NCBI GenBank assembly: GCA_032128375.1
Contig: JAQBGU010000179.1
Location: forward strand, 32,001 to 96,000
DNA length: 64,000 bases
Source of the DNA: Deltaproteobacteria bacterium
GTDB lineage: Bacteria; Myxococcota_A; UBA9160; SMWR01
Direction: 5' to 3'
Shown here: piece after piece, positions 1 to 9,526 of the stretch
Numbering within the stretch: the stretch's first letter is position 1
How the letters are laid out: every line of letters begins with the position of its first letter
Translations under genes and position numbers: made by a program
The notes under the pieces: generated by a model
Seen by the model: only the letters and a program-made list of their open reading frames with translations
Told to the model about the DNA's origin: nothing
Database searches by the model: none

Positions 1-2
1 AC

Positions 3-491
3 CGCGCGACGCCCAATGTCACGAGTCCGGCAGCCGCGGCGAAGGGCGGGGCAGAAAACATTCTATACGGCAGCTGTTTCTGGGAACTCGATACGGACCA
101 GGCGCTGGTGATCGAGTGCGAACAACCGGACGCCGAATACTGGGGCTTCACGATTCACACGCTCGGCTGGCTCGAATCCGGCGACTTCGCTGAGCGACAA
201 ACCAGCCTGAACGGCTACCAGATGCACCTCGATCGCGATGGTTGCGTGCGCATCGTGTTGGCGCACCGCGATCCGGGTGTGCCCAACTGGATCGATACCG
301 AGTCGCGCAGACGGGGCCTGCTCGTGTATCGCTGGGTCTGGGCCAGCGACAACCCATTGCCGCACTCCGAAGTCATTGCATTTGCAGACGTGAGGTCCCA
401 TGTCCCGCACGATCATCCGGTCGTCGACGCGCCGACGCGTCGCAAGGCGCTCGCACGCAGGCGCGAAGCGGCGTGGAATCGCGCTCAATGA
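3..491 (+). CDS. DUF1214-domain protein, 5' end outside window
   Basis: Frame open from the window edge; motifs YWGFTIH..WLES, DGCVRIVLAHRDPGVPNWIDT; stop overlaps the next ATG (ATGA). Confidence 0.75.
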   Translation, partial: RATPNVTSPAAAAKGGAENILYGSCFWELDTDQALVIECEQPDAEYWGFTIHTLGWLESGDFAERQTSLNGYQMHLDRDGCVRIVLAHRDPGVPNWIDTESRRRGLLVYRWVWASDNPLPHSEVIAFADVRSHVPHDHPVVDAPTRRKALARRREAAWNRAQ

Positions 492-1714
492 GCTGGACGC
501 CCCCCAGGCGGCCAGTCTGGGTCGAGCGCTGGATCGCACATGGCGAGGCGGTGGGAGGCGCGGCGAATCTCGTTTCGCTCGATTCCGAAGAGATGATCGA
601 CGTCGCCAGGCAGTCAACGGGGCTCGTCGATTTTGGCGGTGACTCGTGGCGCGAGCACTTCGATGTCTTCCTGGCCGCTGCAGAATCAGAAGCCCGCCTG
701 CATCTACCCGGGCGTACGCTTCTGCGCGCCGAGGTTCTTCAGACGCTGCGCAACCGACTGCAATTGGCAGATCTGTGGAAGCGCAAGCCTGCGTTGCTCG
801 ACGCGGACGTAGAGGCGCCTGTTTTCATCGTGGGCAGCCCCCGCTCGGGAACCTCGATTCTTCACGAATTGATGGCGTGCGATCCCGCGAGTCGAACGCC
901 TGCCATGTGGGAGATGCAACATCCGCTTGCATCACACGAAGGGCGTGATTGTTCGGAGTTATCAGACCAGGTGACGCAATTCTGGCACGACTTGCAACCC
1001 GAGTACGAAACGATGCACGCGAATTCGGGGCACCTCCCGAATGAATGCATCTTCATCACGATGCATGAGTTCCTTTCGGATCACTGGGGAGGAGTTCACT
1101 GCGTTCCGAGTTACGACGATCATCTGCGCGGCACCGATCAGCGCCCCGCGTACCGCTACCACAAGCGGTTCCTCAAAACCCTGCAAGTGAACGGCGAAAG
1201 CCGCCGCTGGCTATTGAAGGCGCCCAGCCACCTCTTCCAGATGCGCACGCTATTCGACGTCTATCCAGACGCACGCATCATCCGCACGCACCGCGACCCA
1301 CTAATGACATTGCCGTCTGCGATCAGCCTGATGGGTACGATCAGATGGATGCGCACGAGCCAGGTCGACATGTCGCAGATTCCCACGCGACTGGCGTTGG
1401 GGTACGCGTTCATCTACCGGCAGGAGATCGAGCAGCGGGAAAGTGGGGTCTTGCCAGACGATCGATTCATCGACGTGAAATTCGACGATCTGGTGCACGA
1501 CCCGCTGTTGACGCTGGAACGGGTGTACCAGAAGCTCGGTTGGCGATTCGGTGATGAAGCCCGCCGCCGAATCGCCGACTACGCGGCAAAAAAGCCCAAG
1601 GATGCGCGTGGAGTGCATCGCTATTCGCTCGAGGAAGTAGGATTCGATGCGAATGAGGAGCGAAAGCGGTTTCGCTTCTATTCCGATCGCTACGGTCTCT
1701 CCGACCCGGGCTAG
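488..1714 (+). CDS. Sulfotransferase family protein
   Basis: PAPS-binding VFIVGSPRSGTSILH, WLLKAPSH, IIRTHRDP; ATG at 488 coupled to upstream stop. Confidence 0.9.
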   Translation: MSWTPPRRPVWVERWIAHGEAVGGAANLVSLDSEEMIDVARQSTGLVDFGGDSWREHFDVFLAAAESEARLHLPGRTLLRAEVLQTLRNRLQLADLWKRKPALLDADVEAPVFIVGSPRSGTSILHELMACDPASRTPAMWEMQHPLASHEGRDCSELSDQVTQFWHDLQPEYETMHANSGHLPNECIFITMHEFLSDHWGGVHCVPSYDDHLRGTDQRPAYRYHKRFLKTLQVNGESRRWLLKAPSHLFQMRTLFDVYPDARIIRTHRDPLMTLPSAISLMGTIRWMRTSQVDMSQIPTRLALGYAFIYRQEIEQRESGVLPDDRFIDVKFDDLVHDPLLTLERVYQKLGWRFGDEARRRIADYAAKKPKDARGVHRYSLEEVGFDANEERKRFRFYSDRYGLSDPG

Positions 1715-1721
1715 TTGCGCG

Positions 1722-1740
1722 TTCGCCGCTGCGCGGCGAA
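1722..1740. terminator. Hairpin between convergent genes (possible bidirectional terminator)
   Basis: TTCGCCGC-TGC-GCGGCGAA perfect 8-bp stem; no clear U-tract. Confidence 0.4.
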
Positions 1741-1783
1741 AGCTTCCACGCGCTCGCCCGACCCATCTTGTGTCGGGGGGCTG

Positions 1784-2620
1784 CTAGGCGGCGGGCCTCT
1801 TGAAGACGAGCAGGAAGCGGTCCGTCTTGCCGCGAATTGTATCGTCGAATACGCTCTCGCTGCGGTTGTCTCTGTTGTTTCTGAGCAAGTCGGATTTTCG
1901 AACGAGCTCGAAGCCGGCGGAGAGCAGCTCCTTCTCCACGAGCTCCTCATCTACACGATGAAGCGTCTCGACGTCGCGGGATCCGGAATCGGTTTTCGCG
2001 CTGTGGTCGATGATGAGGAACACGCCGCCCGGCTTTAGCGACGAGAACACGGCTCGGTTCATGGCTGCTCGATTGACGCCCATCCAATAGGTGTCGTGAT
2101 AGAACTGCACGAGGAACGCGGCATCGAGAGAAGAGGTGGGGAATTCGAGCTGATCGAGTTCCCAAGAGACGGGATGCACGTTGGAGATACCTGAGTTGCG
2201 AAGACGCTGCCGCAACAGAGAGCCATAGCGCTGCTTCGAAATCGCGTTGTTGTGGGAGTAGACGCGGCCCTTGGGGCCAACGGCACGAGCCAACACTTCG
2301 GTATACCAGCCACCGCCCGCCATGAGATCCGCAATTTGCATGCCGGGGACGATCCTAGCGAGGGTCAGCACCTCGACCGGTCGCCTCGTTGCGTCGCGGG
2401 CGCGATCATCATCGGAGCGCTGTGCGATCGCGGCTTCGATGGGATCTTCGTCGTTCCACGCCTGCTCTGCGCTGGTCGACGGATCCTCGCAGCCGGACGC
2501 GAACGCAATCATCGACATCGCGTATAGCAGCAGCCCGGTACACAGGCGTCTGATGACAGATTCGACGGGTCGGTAGGATCGCTTCGAATTTTGACAGCAT
2601 TCAGTGTCGAATTTGTCCAC
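1784..2620 (-). CDS. Exported/lipoprotein class I SAM-dependent methyltransferase (COG4798-like)
   Basis: IADLMAGGGWYT, FYHD, LKPGGVFLIIDH, RGKTDRF; lipobox-like ASGC; GTG start at 2620 after GGGGAGAG (start uncertain). Confidence 0.8.
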   Translation of the reverse strand: MDKFDTECCQNSKRSYRPVESVIRRLCTGLLLYAMSMIAFASGCEDPSTSAEQAWNDEDPIEAAIAQRSDDDRARDATRRPVEVLTLARIVPGMQIADLMAGGGWYTEVLARAVGPKGRVYSHNNAISKQRYGSLLRQRLRNSGISNVHPVSWELDQLEFPTSSLDAAFLVQFYHDTYWMGVNRAAMNRAVFSSLKPGGVFLIIDHSAKTDSGSRDVETLHRVDEELVEKELLSAGFELVRKSDLLRNNRDNRSESVFDDTIRGKTDRFLLVFKRPAA

Positions 2621-2699
2621 CGGGTTCTCTCCCCATTTGTCAGACGAGGTCACCACCGGCCCGGGTCCAACGGATGAGCGCACACTACCTGTTCCTGGT

Positions 2700-2995
2700 T
2701 TCGGATTGGAGCGAGGCGCAGCGCGTCTTCCGGGCACGCCTCGATGCACAGCCGACACGCGTGGCAAGCCTGCGGCCGTATGACGTAAGCCTGTTTGCCA
2801 GCGTGCGCCCAGGCCTTGATTTTTCCAATGAACGACAGCGATGCGTGATCCGAAGCCGCGAGAGGCCGAATTTCGAATATAGGTCGTAGGGACAGACGCG
2901 AACGCAATCTTCCTTCGCTTCGCATCGGTTCCGAATCGACCACCGGAGCGACCTTGCCCCACTCGCCCTTACAAAAATCAGGTAGGGAGTTTCCA
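2700..2995 (-). pseudogene. 2x[4Fe-4S] ferredoxin split by frameshifts (or sequencing errors)
   Basis: Joining frames gives CKGEWGKVAPVVD/RNRCEAKEDCVRVCPYD/IFEIR...CHACRLCIEACPEDAL; shifts near 2934 and 2879; ends approximate. Confidence 0.75.
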
Positions 2996-3174
2996 ATCTG
3001 CCCCTTCCAGAACCGGCGTTCAGCAGCGACCCACTTCCTTGTCGATGGGTCGATGGCTGACCCTTTGACCGACGTCGATCCCCGAACTCTACCAGACCCG
3101 CGCGGTTGCGAAGCTTGACGCACACTTCGCATTCAGGATACAAGAGGAGTTCCACGAATGGAGAAAACCGAGAC

Positions 3175-3759
3175 GTGACGGAACGCCTTCGACCTCTGGA
3201 TCCGAGCGAGTGGAGTGAAGAAGTACGGCGTCTTCTCGGAGGCACCCTCGAAGGAGTCGAGACCCTCGAGGGCTCAACGCGTCGCGAGAAGTCGCGTCCG
3301 CTCAACATCTTGCTGACCATCGCCCACCACCCGCAGCTGCTGGGGCCGTTTCTGGCATTCGCTGCCACCCTCGCGATACGAGGTGTGCTCCCGCGGCGGG
3401 ATTCTGAACTGCTCGCGCTGCGTACGGCGTGGAATTGCCAGTCGGACTTCGAGTGGGGCCATCATGTCGTGTACGCGAAAGCAGCTGGTCTTTCGGACAC
3501 GGAAATCGGCGGCGTCGCGATCGGACCTTCCGATACAGGCTGGTCGGTGCACGATCGCTGTCTGCTCGAAGCAGCGGACGAGCTTCATCTGACGCAAAGG
3601 ATCTCGGACGGGACATGGCACGGGCTTCGAGCCAGGTTCGATGCAGGGCAACTCGTGGAGATTCCATTCGTTGTCGGGAACTACACGATGCTCTCCATGC
3701 TCGCGAATTCGACGGATGTGCCGCTCGAAGAAGGCCTGCCCGAACTCCCGGCTCGCTGA
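3175..3759 (+). CDS. Carboxymuconolactone decarboxylase/AhpD-like family protein
   Basis: NILLTIAHHP, ELLALRTAWNCQSDFEWGHH, VGNYTMLSM; GTG after GGAG. Confidence 0.85.
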   Translation: MTERLRPLDPSEWSEEVRRLLGGTLEGVETLEGSTRREKSRPLNILLTIAHHPQLLGPFLAFAATLAIRGVLPRRDSELLALRTAWNCQSDFEWGHHVVYAKAAGLSDTEIGGVAIGPSDTGWSVHDRCLLEAADELHLTQRISDGTWHGLRARFDAGQLVEIPFVVGNYTMLSMLANSTDVPLEEGLPELPAR

Positions 3760-3843
3760 TTGCCGGTCGAAAGGTCGGGCTTCAGCCGAGCGATCGTTCT
3801 ACCCTCGACGGGCGCTCAACCCCGCGTGGGTCAAGGAGCCATC

Positions 3844-4677
3844 ATGACGCGACTCGCAGGCCAAACCGCAATCATCACCGGGGGTGCCAGCGGCATCGGC
3901 GCAGCCAGCGTACGCATGTTCGTCGAGAACGGTGCCCGCGTGCTGATCGCGGATACGCAAACGGAACGCGGGGAACAGCTGGCAGACGAGCTCGGCGACG
4001 CGGTTACGTTTCGTCGGGTCGATGTTACGCGCGAGGATGACGTGCGCGGGGCCGTTGAAGAGGTGATGAAGTGCTGGGACCGGCTCGATTGCATGTTCAA
4101 CAATGCGGGCTTCGGCGGCGCGCTCGGATCGATCGAAACGACAACTGTCGACGAATTCGACATCACCTTCGACGTGCTTCTCAAAGGCGTGTTTCTCGGC
4201 ATCAAACACGCGGCGCCTGCGATGCGCGCCAACGGCCGAGGGTCGATCATTAACACCGCCTCGGTAGCAGGGTTGAAGACGGGCGAGTCTCCGCACCTGT
4301 ACAGCGTTGCGAAGGCGGCTGTGATTCACCTGACTCGATCGGTGGCGCTCGAACTTGGCGAGCACGGTATTCGAGTCAACTGCATCTGTCCGGGCATCGT
4401 CGCGACGCCGCTAGCGGCTGGCCGACCAATGGTGAGCGATGCGGGGCTGAGGAAGCTTGCCGATGCACTCGCGAACGCCCAGGCACTGGGTCGCGTCGGC
4501 CAGCCCGAAGACATCGCGCGCGCAGCGTTGTGGCTGGCGAGCGACGAATCGAGTTGGGTGACCGGCCACGCGCAGGTCGTCGATGGCGGCGCATTTGCGG
4601 GACGACCGTGGAGCCGACAACCCGACTGGATCACCGGCGACCGGCCAATCAGGTTGTATCGCCCGGAAGGTCGGTAG
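3844..4677 (+). CDS. Short-chain dehydrogenase/reductase
   Basis: TGGASGIG, FNNAG, YSVAK catalytic motif, VNCICPG; AAGGAG RBS. Confidence 0.95.
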   Translation: MTRLAGQTAIITGGASGIGAASVRMFVENGARVLIADTQTERGEQLADELGDAVTFRRVDVTREDDVRGAVEEVMKCWDRLDCMFNNAGFGGALGSIETTTVDEFDITFDVLLKGVFLGIKHAAPAMRANGRGSIINTASVAGLKTGESPHLYSVAKAAVIHLTRSVALELGEHGIRVNCICPGIVATPLAAGRPMVSDAGLRKLADALANAQALGRVGQPEDIARAALWLASDESSWVTGHAQVVDGGAFAGRPWSRQPDWITGDRPIRLYRPEGR

Positions 4678-4682
4678 TTGAA

Positions 4683-5438
4683 ATGGTGAAACTGATGGCG
4701 TTTTTCAAGCGCAAACGCGGTATCACGGTGGAGCAGTTCCAGGCGCACTGGCGGACAACCCACGCGGAACTCGTTGTGCGCCAGCGGGGCCTACGCCGGT
4801 ACGTGCAGAACCACACGCTGGCGACGGCGTATCGCGAACCGGGCTCTGGCGAACCCGACTCTCGCGAACCCGCCTCTCGCGAACCCGGCTCTCGCGAACC
4901 CGACTCTCGCGAACCCGACTCTCGCGAACCCGACTACGACGGCGTCGCCGAAGCCTGGTTTGACGATACGCAGGTGATGCGCGATCTCGGCTCGTCGGGG
5001 GAATATCGTGCGGTGCGCGAAGACGAGGCGAATTTCATCGATACCGCCAGCATGGGGGTTGTGATCACTGACGAGGTGGTGATCGTCGACGGTGCTGTTC
5101 CCCAACCCAGCGTGAAGATGATCGCTTTTCTGAACAAGCGGTCGGATGTGACGGTCGAGTTCTTTCAGCGCTACTGGCGCGAGACACACGGGCCGTTCGC
5201 AGCGCGCATCCCAGGCAGCCGCCGCTACGTGCAGTGCCATGCGCGCCTGGGCATCTACGCGACAGGGCGTACCCCTGTGTTCGACGGCATTCCGATTTCA
5301 TGGTTCGACGACGTCGATGCGCTGCGCGAATCGGCGCAATCTGCCGAGTACGCGGTGACGCGGGCAGACGAGCAGAACTTCGTGGTTTCGGGGCGGTTGC
5401 CCCATGTAATCGCGGCGGCACACGAAATCGAGGTGTGA
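4683..5438 (+). CDS. EthD-family protein (two EthD domains)
   Basis: Two copies of KR..G.T.E.F..HW...H / RRYVQ.H / DG.AE.WFD. Confidence 0.85.
   Translation: MVKLMAFFKRKRGITVEQFQAHWRTTHAELVVRQRGLRRYVQNHTLATAYREPGSGEPDSREPASREPGSREPDSREPDSREPDYDGVAEAWFDDTQVMRDLGSSGEYRAVREDEANFIDTASMGVVITDEVVIVDGAVPQPSVKMIAFLNKRSDVTVEFFQRYWRETHGPFAARIPGSRRYVQCHARLGIYATGRTPVFDGIPISWFDDVDALRESAQSAEYAVTRADEQNFVVSGRLPHVIAAAHEIEV
4833..4937 (+). repeat. In-frame 15-bp tandem repeat x7 (consensus CGCGAACCCGACTCT)
   Basis: Encodes REPGS GEPDS REPAS REPGS REPDS REPDS REPDY. Confidence 0.95.
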
Positions 5439-5441
5439 GCG

Positions 5442-5999
5442 ATGAACGATCCGAACCTGCAGCAGCTGCTCGACCGCGTGGCGATCAGCGACGTCGTAAA
5501 TGCATACGCTACCGGGCTCGATCGGCGCGACTGGAAACAGTTTCGCTCGATATTTCTCGATGTGATCGAGATGGATTTCCGTTCGGTCGGTCTGCGGGTG
5601 GGCAGCTACGCTGCAGACGAATGGGTGCGAGATGCGGCACGGTTGTTCGCGGGCTTTGCCGCCACGCAGCACACGAGTACCAACCATGTTCACGATGTGC
5701 GCGGCGACGATGCAACGTGCACCTCGAACATGCAGGCTGAGCATTTTGTCCATGCCGACGCCGACTCTCCCGACCCCGACTCTCATCCCATTTACGCCAG
5801 GAAGCCCGCGGACGAGGCGGATCGCTGGACCATCGGCGGCTATTACACAAACGAACTCGTGCGCACTACCGATGGCTGGAAGCTCGCGAAGGTGACGCTG
5901 ATCGTGACGTGGCAGACTGGGAATCCGGATGTTTCGCGGATCGCGTTCAAGCGTGGGCGAGCGATCGAAGCGAGCGGATTGGGTCGCATGGATGCGTGA
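5442..5999 (+). CDS. SnoaL/NTF2-like family protein
   Basis: LLDRVAISDVVNAYATGLDRRDW, TQH...NH, GGYY...LVRT.DGWK. Confidence 0.85.
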   Translation: MNDPNLQQLLDRVAISDVVNAYATGLDRRDWKQFRSIFLDVIEMDFRSVGLRVGSYAADEWVRDAARLFAGFAATQHTSTNHVHDVRGDDATCTSNMQAEHFVHADADSPDPDSHPIYARKPADEADRWTIGGYYTNELVRTTDGWKLAKVTLIVTWQTGNPDVSRIAFKRGRAIEASGLGRMDA

Positions 6000-6245
6000 G
6001 CGAAAGCACAAGTTGTAATAGGAAGCTGGGAACTAGCCGGTTCAGACCCCGACGAGCGCTCGCCTGCGCTGCTCAGCTACAGACCGCAACCTAGACCCAT
6101 CGCCGAGATGTCACGGAGCACAGACCTGACTTCATGGGGTAGCGGAAAAGGGGGAGCCGATATTGGAGTACCGAATGATCCGGTATCGGCTCGGCACCTC
6201 AGCCGCTTCACGGTGGATCGCCGGTCCCGTATCGATGGGAACCGC

Positions 6246-7160
6246 TCAACACACTGGTGCATCACGTCGTCGCGGTAGCGCCATCAGCGCGCCGAGTGCC
6301 GTCAGCGACAGTGCGAGACAGTTCGGTTCTGGGACGAAGACGAGCGTGTAGTCGCCTGTTCCGATCCCAATCCGATTGTCAGCTCCCGGCCCGGTGTCGG
6401 GAATGCCGTCCGCATTGCGGTCCTCCCCCCCGGCGATGGCGAAGTTGACCACGCCGTTCGCTGGAACCACACCCTCGATGCAAAGCGGGAAGAGATTGAA
6501 CACGGTCTCGATCGGCGCGCCGGCGTCATTGAGCCACAACAGCGTCTTCTGCAGGCCGAGCTGGTCGGGTGCATCGACCTCCAGCAAGAAGGGCTCGCCT
6601 GGCAGGAGACCCTGGAAGGAGAAGAAGTCGAGATCGGGCTCTCCCAGAGCGACCAGCAGATCGAGCGCACCTTGCTCTGAGTGGGCTCCTGTGAACAAAA
6701 AATCGCTGGAACCGGTCACCGAGAGCTTGATGGTGCCGTCGACGTTGACTGTCCCCAACAGTGCAGAGGCGGTCCCCGTGCCGATGGGGCTGGCATTGTC
6801 GTCGGATGAAACCAAGCTGCCCGTCGCGTCGAAGCTACCGAGCCGCGTGTCGGGGGCCGATGCGGATCCGGGGACGTCGTTGTCGATCCAGGCGATGAAC
6901 CCATCGTTGGGTATTCCCAACGTCATTTCGACGAAGTTGGTGACTTCCTGGGTGACCAGCGAAAGAGAGACGTCCCGATCGGGAGTCGCGAGAACGTCCG
7001 CGATCTGGGCCGTCAGCACCGAGTCACCCGCGCCGAGAGATTGCCGGCTCTGGAACGAATTGTTGGGCTCGATTTCGGCGCTCGTCGCGGCGGAGGCGGC
7101 CAGCGAACCGAGCACGACGAGCGCAACACTCCAGCGAGCAAATATCGGAAAGCATTTCAT
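6246..7160 (-). CDS. PEP-CTERM sorting-domain surface protein
   Basis: Signal peptide, EIEPNNS (PPC-like) motif, C-terminal VPEP + hydrophobic helix + RRR. Confidence 0.85.
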   Translation of the reverse strand: MKCFPIFARWSVALVVLGSLAASAATSAEIEPNNSFQSRQSLGAGDSVLTAQIADVLATPDRDVSLSLVTQEVTNFVEMTLGIPNDGFIAWIDNDVPGSASAPDTRLGSFDATGSLVSSDDNASPIGTGTASALLGTVNVDGTIKLSVTGSSDFLFTGAHSEQGALDLLVALGEPDLDFFSFQGLLPGEPFLLEVDAPDQLGLQKTLLWLNDAGAPIETVFNLFPLCIEGVVPANGVVNFAIAGGEDRNADGIPDTGPGADNRIGIGTGDYTLVFVPEPNCLALSLTALGALMALPRRRDAPVC

Positions 7161-7716
7161 TGAGACTGTCCGCACAAGCAGGGCTCTTCTGGCTGGCACC
7201 ATGCACAGGAAGCCGGCAACTGTATCAGCTCGCCCCTCGCTACGCATTTCGAGACGTCGTTCTAGAATTCAGAACCGAACGGCATCGACTGGGGGAACCC
7301 GTCGAGCGTCCTTCCCATCCGGGGCGCGAAATCATCGGCCCGAGCGCCCGCTGTCTGTGACGGCACCGAAGTGTAGCCTCCCAGCGCGGATGCGAGGATG
7401 CCCATTAGTTGAATCACGCGGCTCTAGATAAGGCCTTGCGCGGGAAATTCATGTCGACACTGAGTGTGGTTTTTTGCCTATACGGCGACACCGGTGTTAG
7501 AGCGGGAACTGACGTTCTGGCCCCGAGGGCTTCGAAATCGCGGACCGTCGTCCGTTCGCTTGGAAGTTCAATCGCTTCGAAAATCCGCCCGTGGTTATCG
7601 ATCCGTGACGCCAATCACATCGTGAGAGCCGGCTACTTCGATAAGTCACGAAGGGCGCGGCGGTCGGCGCGAATTCACGGACGGCAAACCCTCCTGTCCC
7701 CATACGGGAGCAATCG

Positions 7717-9465
7717 ATGGCCAATAAGCTTCTTGCGATCTTCGTCTCGCTCGGATTGGTCGGCTTCCATGCAGCACTGGCGTACTCCGCGGTGGAGATC
7801 GAAGCCGGACGCACAGCCACATTTGGCTGGTCTGCTGCGTCGGGCCCGGTGGATCACTACCAAGTTCAAATCGCCACGGAAGCCCAGAGCCCATTTGGCT
7901 GGCAAAACTATCGTGTCGCCGGCGCCGACGAACGGTCAGTATCCATTTCGAGCAACTCGTTCTCCGCCACGGCTCCCGACGTAGCCCATTGGACGCTCGA
8001 CGAGAACGCGGGCACGACGGTTTCAGATTCGACCGGCAACGGCCACACGGGCAACGCAAGCGGCACGAATTGGGCCTTGGACACCCCTAGCGGGACCGGT
8101 TCCGCGGTCAATTTCGACGGCGTCAACGATTCGCTGCAGTTCGGAGCGCTGGATGTCAGCGGGCAGCAACTGAGCATCGCCGTGTGGTTCAAGGTCGACG
8201 ATTTTGGCATCCCGGATGCTCGGCTCATCTCCAAGGCAACCAGCACAGCAGAGGCTGACCACTACTGGATGCTCAGTACGTTCGATTCGAACGGAATGAA
8301 GCTCCGCTTCCGCCTGAAGACGAACGGCGTCACCACGACACTGATCGCCTCCTCGGGAAATTTGACGCCAGGCGTCTGGACCCACGCGGCGGCTGTCTAC
8401 GACGGAGCGACAATGCGCATCTATAAGGATGGTGTCGAGGTCGGGACAACGTCCAAGACTGGCGCGTTGTCGACCAGCAGTGCGGTGAACGTGGCAATCG
8501 GCAATCAACCCACCGGCGGGGGATCGATGCCGTTCGATGGGAGCATCGACGACGTCCGCATCTACGGAAAAGCACTGTCGCAGCCGGAAGTCGCGAGCCT
8601 GACCGCAGGCAGCGGCTCGGAAACGTCATTTGTGACCGTGCGGACCATTGCATACGATTCGATCGGCAACGCGAGCCAACCGTCGGCGATCTCTTCGACG
8701 GTGCACTTCATGCCGGCGACCGCTTGGCTGTATTCCGTTCCCAACGATTTCGACGGCGACTCGATTCCGGACGTTTTCACGCAGAACAAGACAACCGGGG
8801 TGGTTGTGGTGGAGGAGAGTTCGACCGGCGAGCCGCTGGAGATCGACGCCCCAACCAAGATGATTGGCTACTGGGAAAACGTGGCCCAAGGTGACTTCGA
8901 CGGTGATGGGCGTGAGGATATCTTCTGGCGACACAAAACTGGCGGGGTCAACCGAGTCTGGTTCGAGGTCGGCGCGAACGTGGTCGAGGTGAACTGGTGG
9001 GGGATTCCCGAACTCGCGAGTTCCGACCCCGCCTGGAAGGTCCTCGCATCGGGTGACTTCGACGGGGACGGCTTCTTCGACTTGTTCTGGAAAAATGAGG
9101 ACACCCTCGAGACATTCGTCTGGTTCATGGAAGGAGCGACAGTCGAGAAAGTCGACTTCCCACGCCTGAGGTCGGCAAGCTGGATCATGGAGGCGAGCGC
9201 CGATTTCGATGGCAGCGGAACCTTCGACCTCTTCTGGCGGAACATCGACGACGGTCGGACTGCGGTCTGGTTTCTCGACGGTGAAATGGTCGAGTTCGCC
9301 TCCCTGGAAGCTGTGGACCCCGGGTCGGAAGTCGCAGATGCCCTGGACCTCAACGAGGATGGATTCACTGACCTGGTTTGGTACCGCACGGACGGAAGCT
9401 GCGAGGTTTGGCTGATGCCGGATGGAGAACGGTTCGAAGCTACAACGTGTCCCGCTGTGGAATGA
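7717..9465 (+). CDS. Secreted protein: Fn3-like + LamG-like jelly-roll + FG-GAP/VCBS repeats
   Basis: Signal peptide; HWTLDE...WTHAAAVYDG...FDGSIDDVRIY; five D(F/L)(D/N)xD/S-type repeats. Confidence 0.85.
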   Translation: MANKLLAIFVSLGLVGFHAALAYSAVEIEAGRTATFGWSAASGPVDHYQVQIATEAQSPFGWQNYRVAGADERSVSISSNSFSATAPDVAHWTLDENAGTTVSDSTGNGHTGNASGTNWALDTPSGTGSAVNFDGVNDSLQFGALDVSGQQLSIAVWFKVDDFGIPDARLISKATSTAEADHYWMLSTFDSNGMKLRFRLKTNGVTTTLIASSGNLTPGVWTHAAAVYDGATMRIYKDGVEVGTTSKTGALSTSSAVNVAIGNQPTGGGSMPFDGSIDDVRIYGKALSQPEVASLTAGSGSETSFVTVRTIAYDSIGNASQPSAISSTVHFMPATAWLYSVPNDFDGDSIPDVFTQNKTTGVVVVEESSTGEPLEIDAPTKMIGYWENVAQGDFDGDGREDIFWRHKTGGVNRVWFEVGANVVEVNWWGIPELASSDPAWKVLASGDFDGDGFFDLFWKNEDTLETFVWFMEGATVEKVDFPRLRSASWIMEASADFDGSGTFDLFWRNIDDGRTAVWFLDGEMVEFASLEAVDPGSEVADALDLNEDGFTDLVWYRTDGSCEVWLMPDGERFEATTCPAVE

Positions 9466-9526
9466 CCCACCTGTTGCCGATGTGTCTGTGTTGGCTGGGA
9501 ACTCCGCATTAGAAAGGACCTCGAGA

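Noticed and set aside
2621..2962. N-terminal extension of the 392-aa methyltransferase ORF
   Set aside because: It overlaps the frameshifted ferredoxin; an RBS-supported GTG at 2620 fits better.
7683..7716. GGCAAACC...GGGAGCAA resembling a c-di-GMP-I riboswitch
   Set aside because: No GAAA tetraloop stem or downstream P3; GGGAG is better explained as the RBS of 7717.
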